Assembly: GCA_964016885.1 (NCBI GenBank) | Contig: OZ024740.1 | Span: 26,970,001 to 27,034,000 of the forward strand | Direction of reading: 5' to 3' | DNA from: Eledone cirrhosa | Lineage: Eukaryota | DNA: 64,000 nucleotides | In this document: positions 55,033-64,000 of the stretch, in pieces | Numbering within the stretch: the stretch's first letter is position 1 | How the letters are laid out: each line of letters starts with the position of its first letter | Translations under genes and position numbers: made by a program | The notes under the pieces: generated by a model | What the model saw: the letters and a program-made list of their open reading frames with translations, nothing else | Databases searched by the model: none | Told to the model about the DNA's origin: nothing

Positions 55033-55485
55033 TATATATATAAATATGTGTGTGTGTACCTATGTATGTATGTATATGTGTGTCGAATGTGCGGGTGCGT
55101 GTGCGTTTGTGTATCTGAGTTTGCGAGTGTGTGTGTAAGCATTTACACACCCACAAACACACTCTCTCATTGAGCTGATCGCCGACTCTTCCTAGTTTTA
55201 TTGACTCGTTGGTATGTTTTGTATTGTGACGTACAGCTCTCTAGTCTCAGATGTGTTCAGATATGGCAAGACACGTGGTCAAATGTATTTAATGTCTCCG
55301 TCTTGTATAAGATTGTAGACCAAAAGAATGTTTTTGAAAATGAAAAGTTCAAGTTATTTGGGATTTCCCAATCCAGTCAGATCACAAAATACAAGCTAGA
55401 TCTAAACTTTACCAACAGTTTGAAAACATTTAACCCTGAAATGCTACATGTGAAGGCGGCGAATTGGCAAAGAAATTAGAACGTC

Positions 55486-55882
55486 AGAGAGCAGAAATGA
55501 ATACCGCAAATCATTACTATCTTCCTATATAAGGAATTACCTGCTGAGAAGTTCGGCTATTTATTTACCAGGTAAAATGTTTATTTAATCCATAATTAGC
55601 CGTCGAAGCGGCTTGAGCTCTACCGTTGGGGTCATACTTGTTCTTATTACCCACTCTACTACCCTAAGTATCGAGTTCTTTGGTGCGTACTCAATACTTA
55701 GGGTAGTAGAGTGGGTAATAGGAACAAGTATGACCCCAACGGCAGAGCTCAAGCGGTTTCGACGGCTAATTCTGGACTAAATAAGAATGTTTAGCCTGGT
55801 AAATAAATAGCCGAACTTTTCAGGAGGTAATTCCTTATATGGGAAGATAGTAATGATTTGCGGTATTCATTTCTGCTCTCTG
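55486..55882. repeat. Palindrome of the GCCGTCGAAACGGC family inserted in a SINE (SINE head 55455-55485, remainder to ~55960)
   Basis: Arms of ~190 bp around a ~12-nt spacer at ~55677-55688. Confidence 0.85.
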
Positions 55883-56499
55883 CTCTCTGAGTTCAAATCC
55901 CACCGAGGTCAACTTTGCCTATCATCAATTCCAGGTTGATGCCAGCTTAGTATTGGGGTAGATTATTCCTCTATATCTCACTGCCATTGTATAACTCGCT
56001 CTCCTTCTCTGGGAGAAATCTGCAATATTCAGACCTGGAGAGGAGATAGATTCTATCAGATTTTTGTAAATGCCCAAGAAACGCCGTATTTCAATATGGC
56101 ATCCCTACGACTCCCTCGGTACTCCTGGGACCATACATACATACTTCATATGATGTGGTGCTCAATCTCAAATGGACAAAAATTTTACAATGTGTTTACT
56201 ATTAAAGCTCTATATATTACGTCTGGTTGTATATATATCTAGAACTATCACACATGAATAACAGTAGTTAAAAGTGCACAGGCGTTGCTGGATCACCATA
56301 AGTTTTGCTTCCCAATCATAACTTTATGAGCTCGATCCCAAAGTTTGACCTTTTTTTGAGCATACCTAATTTTATAATAACCTTTGTTTATTCTAAGTCT
56401 TGTGAGTGAACTTTACTAAATGGAAATTGTATGTCAGCCATCACAAGGATTGTACTTTAAATCCCAGACCCAATTTTTTATGTACATGCAAATAATCTA

Positions 56500-57440
56500 A
56501 TAATGGCAGAGGAAGGAACGTATACCAATTTTTCATCAATAATATTAACATTGCACGGTGATAGCAGCATACTATCAACAGAGTATATTAACTTAACACG
56601 GACTCACTCCTTTGGAAGGCCACCAATGGATCTACAATACTTGTTGATACAGAGAAAACGATGGCAAGAAAAACCTTTATATAGTCAATACCCGAAAAGG
56701 TTGAATAGAGAGGAAGAAGACGACCAAATACACAAAACCGGCTACGAAGCACTGAATTAAAAGCTTAGATTGCAGGATTTCTATTTACGGCACCAGATCG
56801 AAGACTTCCCACCAGGATCCAGCAGAAGTATATAATAAAGCAGAACAGGAAAAAACCATTAACGACATTATTTCTGGGTGCCCAGTCCCCCCCCCCCCCT
56901 CACACACACACACACAAAAGAATATGTCCACAGACACAATAGAAGTGGGACTTACGTACACTGGAAGTTATGCCAACATTCCGAAATACCAACAGAAAAG
57001 GTGTCAGAGCTAGTCAAGGTAACTATACCCTGAAATATGTCAATAAACAGAGATAGGAATAGTAACACCAACTGTCCGGATGTTACAGTCAAAGAGCAGA
57101 GAGAAAATATTTCTTCTAATTAATGTATTAATCACCACTGATGGTATATATATATATTTACCTAGGAAATGGAGAGATTATAAAAATATAAAGATCTTGA
57201 GATAGAAATAACCCGAATGTGGATGATAAAACTGAAACAATACCTATAATAGTTGCTCTTGGAATGATAAACAAAAACTCACACAAACATAACCAAACCC
57301 TAGGATATACAAATATATGCAGCTCTACTAGGCACTGTACACATATTACGAAGATTACTCTCAATAATATAGAACCATCCTGTGCGTAAGAAAGGTACAC
57401 AGAGCTATGCTAGGCAATGCAGTCACGACATGCAATAAAT
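56500..57440 (+). mobile_element. Decayed R4/Dong-like LINE 3' part (CCHC + restriction-like endonuclease)
   Basis: TINDIISGCPV..KEYVHRHNR..YVHWKLCQH, HNCPDV, KYKDLEIEITRMW..KTETIPIIV, LLGTVHILR. Confidence 0.8.
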
Positions 57441-57724
57441 ATAAGATTGATAATAAAAGTTCTTATTTCATAAGATATTTTGTTCACCTAGATATCGATC
57501 GAAGGGGTTAGCAGGAAGGCACAATGTTGCTTAACTTCAATGTTAAAACAAGAAGTGGTTAGCTTACGTCTCTGAGGAACTTGAATCATATGATTCAAGT
57601 TCCTCAGAGAAATAACAACCCAACCAGGAACTGGGCATATCGGAATATTGACGAAGTTAAACCCCTCAACAACATGTGTTGAAGTTAAACCCCTCAACAA
57701 CATGTCTCTACCACACCAATTCGG

Positions 57725-57779
57725 ACTGCCTGAAGAGGTCACAGCCAAAGATGGCTGTCACCGAAATATATATAGCAGT
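57725..57779 (+). ncRNA. Type I hammerhead ribozyme in a solo pLTR (~57480-57830)
   Basis: ACTGC-CTGAAGA-GGTCACAGCCA AAGA TGGCTGTCACC-GAAA-TATATA-TA-GCAGT, then AATAAA. Confidence 0.9.
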
Positions 57780-57825
57780 AATAAACGAAGCCAAATTTTA
57801 AATATTTGACTTATTTATTTTATTT

Positions 57826-57887
<62 letters not shown>

Positions 57888-58205
57888 ATGGCGTGATTTG
57901 TGGGTAGACGGAAGAAAATTGCAATTGCTTCTTTGCTGGCCTATATTATGGTTTCTAAAATTAGCAGTAAGTTACAAGCTTGAGAAAAAAGGAAAAAAAA
58001 AGTCGACTTCATCTATTCACCTTTTGACTGACATTTATTGTATCGATTCCAAGAAGAAAGCCAACGCCGACAAGGATGGGATTTGAAATTAGGGATCAAT
58101 AACGGAAGCTGTTTTGCCCATTACTTTATTGGGTTTGGTATGTTTGTAGAAAATTCGAACACGAGTCCTTTGCCAGAATATAGAATGAAAAATATAACAC
58201 ATGTG

Positions 58206-58264
<59 letters not shown>

Positions 58265-58319
58265 AAGTATATATATATATTTAAAATAGGAACAATACTA
58301 TCAAATTGAAGGGTGTTGT

Positions 58320-59785
58320 CAATGAGACAGACCTCAGTACTTGGCACATATTTTGTTTAATCAACCTCGAAATGATAGAAAGCAAAGTTTACCCCGGTGG
58401 GATTTGAACGTACAATAAAAAAGGCTGTATTTAAATTCCGTAAGATATTTTTTTTATTCTGATGCTGTAAACGTTCTGCCGATCTATCACCCTTAATAAT
58501 AGTTACTATATTTGGTATAAAGCCAGCATTCTTTAGACCCCGTAAGGATGAAGGACAAAGGTAACTTCGGCGAGAACTCAGAACATCAGAGTCGTAACTA
58601 TATGCCGCAAAGTGTATTGTCCGACGCTCTACCGATACTGCCAATCTATCCTCTCTATAATGGTTTCTTATATAGGCACAAGGCCAGCATATTTTTGGGG
58701 AGGGCGAAGTCGATTACTGGTACTTTATTTTATCGACCCCGTAAGGATGAAAAGCAAAGTTAACCTCGGCGGGATTAACTGTACCCTCTCTATAATAATA
58801 ATTGTTTCTACTTTTGGTACAAGACCAGCAATTTGAACGAATAGGGAAAGTCGATTTAATTGACCCCAGTGCGTTACTGGTTATTTATTTTTCGTATTGG
58901 ACCTAGGCAAGATTTGAACTCAGAACTTAACGGCTCATAACTTAACACTGCCTTAAACAATCTCAATGAGATATTACAAAGCCACAAGACCAGAAATTAT
59001 GACTGCTATTTTATTTTATCGACCCTGGAAGAATGAAAGTCAAAGTTGACCTCTGGCAGGTTTAAACTCAGAACATAAGAAGCCTGCATTCTTTTCCGAT
59101 GCTCTAACAATCTCCCAATCTACAGAACTTAATGATTATTGTAATAATATATTCCAATTTAGATACAAGGCCAGCAATTAAGGCAAGTTGAAATTTGATT
59201 ATATCGACCCTATCATTTAAATGCTTCATTTTTGTATCAACACCGAAAAAATGAAAGTCGAACTTCACGTTGGCAGAGTTTGAACTCAGAATATAAAGAG
59301 CCGAGTTAAATACCACAAAGCTTTCTTTCACAGACACTGTAACGATTCTGCTAATCCAATGATAATTGTAATAATGGTTTCTGGTTTAGGTAAAAAGGCC
59401 AACTATTTTGTCGGGGAGGGAAAGTCGATTAAATCGACCAGTATGTTACTGGTACGTAATTTTATAGACCTTGTAAGGCAAAGCTAACGTCGGCGGCGTT
59501 TGAACTCAGAGCCTAAAGGGATGTAACTATATGTCGCAAATCATGTTGGCCGACGCTCTTCCGATACCGTCAATCATGCACCGTCATTGTAATTGTAACA
59601 ATTGTTTCTACTTTTGGTACAAGGCCAGCAATTACCAGTACATTACTGGTACTTTATTTTATCGACCCCGTAAGGATGAAAGGCAAAGTTAACCTCGGCG
59701 GAATTTGAACTCAGATCGTAAAGGGACGTAACTCCAGGTTGCAAAGCATGGCGTCTGGCCCTTTAATGATACTGCCAATCTATAT
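58320..59785 (-). mobile_element. Head-to-tail cluster of ~8 diverged SINE copies
   Basis: Repeated ACAAGGCCAGCA..TCGACCCC..GATGAAAG..TTTGAACTCAG. Confidence 0.85.
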
Positions 59786-59926
59786 ACCTGTATGAATATC
59801 AAAGTTTGATTCTATGGCCTTCATCCGTTTCCACAAAAACTTATTCCTGTAAAGATGAGAGAAAACGTCTCTCCTGAGAATCGAACTCGTGATAATAGTT
59901 TCGGCTATCTTTCCCACGCTGTTTTA

Positions 59927-59978
<52 letters not shown>

Positions 59979-60048
59979 TTTCTCTACCGCTTAATCTCTC
60001 ACCACCACAACCACCACTACAACCATCACCACCACCAACAACAGCCAT

Positions 60049-60098
<50 letters not shown>

Positions 60099-60224
60099 AT
60101 GTTGCTGCTGCCGTTGCTGCTGATGCATCTTCTGCTGCTGTTGCTGATGTTGCTGTTGTTGCAGGTTGCTTTGCTGCCTACTCTAGCTTTCTGCAACTGC
60201 TGCTATGAAAAAAAAATAGAAAGC

Positions 60225-60720
60225 TGCTGCTACAGATGCTGCTGTTGTTCTTGCAGCGCTGGTATTGCTGCTGTTGCTGATGCTGTTCTTACAGCTACTG
60301 CTACTGCTGCTACAGATGCTGCTGTTGTTCTTGCAGCGCTGGTATTGCTGCTGTTGCTGATGCTGTTCTTACAGCTACTGCTACTGCTGCTACAGATGCT
60401 GCTGTTGTTCTTGCAGCGCTGGTATTGCTGCTGTTGCTGATGCTGTTCTTACAGCTACTGCTACTGCTGCTACAGATGCTGCTGTTGTTCTTGCAGCGCT
60501 AGTATTGCTGCTGTTGCTGCTGCTGTTCTTACAGCTACTGCTACTGCTGCTACAGATGCTGCTGTTGTCTTTGCAGCGCTGATATTGCTGTTGTTGCTGC
60601 TGCTGTTCTTACAGCTACTGCTGCTAAAGATGCTGCTGTTGTTCTTGCAGCACTGATATTGCTGCTGTTGCTGCTGCTGTTCTTAGAGCTACTGCTACTG
60701 CTGTTGCTGTTGCTGTCTGC
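60225..60720. repeat. 80-bp minisatellite built from CTG/GTT triplets
   Basis: TTGCAGCGCT at 60251, 60331, 60411, 60491. Confidence 0.9.
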
Positions 60721-60984
60721 ATCACTTGCTGATGCAGTCCCCTCAGCTGCTGCTGCTGTTATCCTAGTTGCAGCTCTTGACGGTCTTTGGAGTTCTTGTT
60801 GCTGCTATTTCTGCTGCTGCTGTTGCAGTTGTTGTCGTTGCAGCTCTTGATTCTACCACTGTTGCTGCAGCTGAGGCTGTTGTTGCTGCACTTCTGCGGT
60901 AACTATAAATTGCTGTTGTTGTTGTTGTTGTTCTTTTTATTGTGCAATGTTGTTGGTTTTTTGTTGTTATTTGTGTTAAGATTG

Positions 60985-62060
60985 TGGTTGTGGTAGTAGT
61001 TGTGGTTGCAGTTGTGGTTGTGGTTGTAGTAGATAATTGTTGTTCTGGATGTAGTAGATGAGGTAGTTGTGGTTGTAGTTGTGGTTGTGGTTGTGGTCGT
61101 GGTTGTAGTAGATAATTGTTGTTCTGGATGTAGTAGATGTGGTAGTTGTGGTTGTGGTAGTAGTTGTGGTTGCAGTTGTGGTTGTGGTTGTAGTAGATAA
61201 TTGTTGTTCTGGATGTAGTAGATGTGGTAGTTGTGGCTGTGGTAGTAGTTGTGGTTGCAGTTGTGGTTGTGGTTGTAGTAGATAATTGTTGTTCTGGATG
61301 TAGTAGATGTGGTAGTTGTGGTTGTAGTTGTGGTTGCAGTTGTGGTTGTGGTTGTAGTAGATAATTGTTGTTCTGGATGTAGTAGATGTGGTAGTTGTGG
61401 TTGTAGTTGTGGTTGCAGTTGTGGTTGTGGTTGTAGTAGATAATTGTTGTTCTGGATGTAGTAGATGTGGTAGTTGTGGCTGTGGTAGTAGTTGTGGTTG
61501 CAGTTGTGGTTGTGGTTGTAGTAGATAATTGTTGTTCTGGATGTAGTAGATGTGGTAGTTGTGGTTGTAGTTGTGGTTGCAGTTGTGGTTGTGGTTGTAG
61601 TAGATAATTGTTGTTCTGGATGTAGTAGATGTGGTAGTTGTGGTTGTGGTAGTAGATGTGGTTGCAATTGTGGTCGTGGTTGTAGCTGTGGTTGCAGTTG
61701 TTGTTGCAGTTGTGGTTGTGGTTGTGGTCGTAGTAGATAATTGTTGTTCTGGATGTAGTAGATGTGGTAGCTGTGGTTGTGGTAGTAGTTGTGGTTGCAA
61801 TTGTGGTTGCGGTTGTAGTTGTGGTTGCAGATGTGGTTGTGGTTGCAGTTGTGGTTGTGGTTGTAGTAGATAATTGTTGTTCTGGATGTAGTAGATGTGG
61901 TAGTTGCGGTTGCAGTAGTAGATGTGGTTGCAATTGTGGTTGTAGTTGTGGTTGCAGTGGTAGATGTGGTTTGAATTGTGGTTGTGGTTGTGGTTGGAGT
62001 AAATGATGTAGTAGATGTGGTAGTTGTGGAAGTTGTGGTTGCAGTAGGAGATCTGGTTGT
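60985..62060. repeat. 79/85-bp GT-rich minisatellite
   Basis: GATAATTGTTGTTCTGGATG recurs at ~79- or ~85-bp spacing. Confidence 0.9.
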
Positions 62061-62079
62061 AGCATTTACTGTGGTTCTG

Positions 62080-62760
62080 ATGTGGTAGTTATATTTGACA
62101 GTGTGGTTGTGGTTATAATTGTGGTTGTGGTTATAATTGTGGTTGTGGTTATAGTTGTGGCTATGGTTGTGGTTGCGGTTATAGTTGTGGTTGTGGTTAT
62201 AGTTGTGGTTGTGGTTATAGTTGTGGTTGTGGCTATAGTTGTGGCTATGGTTGTGGTTGTGGTTATAGTTGTGGTTATTGTTGTGGTTGTAGTTGTGGCT
62301 ATAGTTGGGGTTATAATTGTGGTTGTGGTAGTGGTTGTGGTTGTGATATCGGTTGTGATTGTGGCTGTAGTGGCGGTTGTGGTAGCGGTTGTGATTGTGG
62401 CTGTGGTAGTGGTTGTGGTAGTGGTTGTGGCTGTCGTAGTTGTGGTAGTGGTAGTAGTGGCTGTGCTTTTGCTAATTGTTATAATATTGTTTTTATGATT
62501 GTAATTTAGTTTGAAGTTGTAATTGTGGTTATGATTTAAATTGTAGTTGTGGTTGTGGTAGTGGTCGTGGCTGAAGTTTTAGCTGTGGTGGTGGTGGTGA
62601 TGTTGGAGGTGGTAATGGTGGCGGTGACAGTGGAGGAAGAGGAGGAGTGGGAGGAGAGGGTGATAGTGGGGGAAGTGGTAACAGCAATGGTATTAGTGTC
62701 GTGGTGTTAGTGTCGTGGTATTAGTGTCGTGGTGTTATGTGTCGTGGTATTAGTGGCGTA
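62080..62760. repeat. Degenerate (GTTGTG)n-type simple repeats
   Basis: Direct reading. Confidence 0.85.
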
Positions 62761-62769
62761 GGAATTATT

Positions 62770-63610
62770 GGTATTGATCATGCTGCTGGTCAGATATTAG
62801 TAGACGTATGAGCAAAGGTATTCTATCCGTGACCGTCCCGTTATTTGTGCATATCAGTAAACACATTATTCAATATGAACTTCCTTTTCCTTCAAATGTT
62901 TCGAAGAATTATTTGACCGCTCTTTTTAGCATGTCGAGCAACCAGGTGTAAGCACTTGTAATGTTAGCTTTAATGATGGAATTATATTGACGCAGAAATA
63001 TGATTAGAGGTTTCTAGTTGTGTTCATGCCGCCATTTCAGTAGATATCGCTACATTACTGGCAGTATCAGTAGAGCGTCGAATAACCTGCTTAGTGTCAT
63101 ATAGTTATGGTTCTTTATGTTCTGGGTTAAAATCTCGCCGATGTTAGCTTTGCCTTTCATCCTTACGGATGTTACCCACCGGGGTCGATTTAGTCGACAT
63201 TCCCTTTGTGCCTAAATTGCTGGCTTTGTGCCTAAATCAGAAACTATTATTGAAATGTGTTTTACATTTTTAAAGGAGCATTGGTGAGAGATATGGGGGA
63301 TATTTAAGTGGATATTTCTAGCATGTCAAGAAACTGCGTAGAGGGCCAAACTCAGGAATTTTGCAAATATTTTCAGTGTCTCCTTCACCTCATATCCAAG
63401 ATTTCCACGATGAGCAAACGAGCGAGCCTCTATGGGGTTCACTTAATCTACTAGAAATAAAAACCAAATATTCATTAAAACCCTTAATATTTGAATAAAG
63501 GAAAAAAGAAAAGAAATCAGTGGATTATGTAGTGTCTAGATAAAGGGTGGATGGTTAGGGTTAGACGGTATTTGATAGCCTGCTGGAATATAGCTGAGTT
63601 AGCGCTAACA
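62770..63610. mobile_element. Old SINE fragments of two families (second family also at ~10230-10325 and ~17820-18050)
   Basis: 63050-63250 carries the TTTGCCTTTCATCCTTACGG core; others share a CTAGAAATA..ACCAAAT-like motif. Confidence 0.5.
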
Positions 63611-64000
63611 CAGCATTACAAAACAACTAAAATGTAAAGCATACATAGCAACAAGAGCAACAATAAAAGCTAATTAAGTGGGGAGAGTGTGGAGGTGATG
63701 AATGTCAGTGTGGTGATGTTTATTCATGTGCGGTTCAGTGAGGGCGGTGATGACAATGTTTCTTTAGTAATAGAATGGTGTTAATGTTTGTAGTGGTTGT
63801 GATGATGATGATGAAGACAGTGTTAATGTTGAATGTGACGACGACATTGCTGATGATGACAATGACAAGTTTGATGACGACTAAGACGACCATGATGATG
63901 GTGATGACAAAACGACACCAAAGAGGATAATGATGAATGCGACGCCGATACTGATGACGAAAATTATTATTATTATTTCCATCGTAGAGCACCTGACAAT

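Noticed and set aside
59855-60720. Leu/Ala-rich ORFs resembling membrane or antifreeze proteins
   Set aside because: An 80-bp unit shifts frame at every repeat; triplet-derived low complexity.
60764-62065. 433-aa and overlapping Q/P/H-, T- and N/H/Y-rich ORFs resembling a mucin or structural protein
   Set aside because: Unit lengths of 79/85 bp are not multiples of 3 and all three frames cycle through the same peptides; the strand simply lacks stop codons.

Overview
AT-rich, microsatellite-saturated eukaryotic DNA. The SINE/LINE repertoire suggests an octopod cephalopod (inference). No intact host protein-coding gene was found. Every recognisable protein-like ORF belongs to a decayed mobile element: eight minus-strand Tx1-clade LINE copies or 3' ends (seven at (GATA)n tracts), three or four Penelope-like elements (RT and/or GIY-YIG), two RTE-clade copies, three CRE-like 3' fragments, one R4/Dong-like fragment, a Helitron and a Helitron helicase fragment, mariner and hAT-like MITEs, a solo LTR and many SINEs. 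Most listed ORFs (YIYI, CVCV, poly-T/S/V) are simple-repeat artefacts. The most notable non-coding structure: about a dozen type I hammerhead ribozyme motifs, some with very long stem II; at least seven long fold-back palindromes, mostly embedded in (AT)n; a 257-bp tandem/inverted repeat family carrying a hammerhead-shaped fold with a non-canonical core; and apparent (GATA)n-specific Tx1 insertion, once with a ~90-110 bp flanking duplication. All calls are by eye, without database searches.
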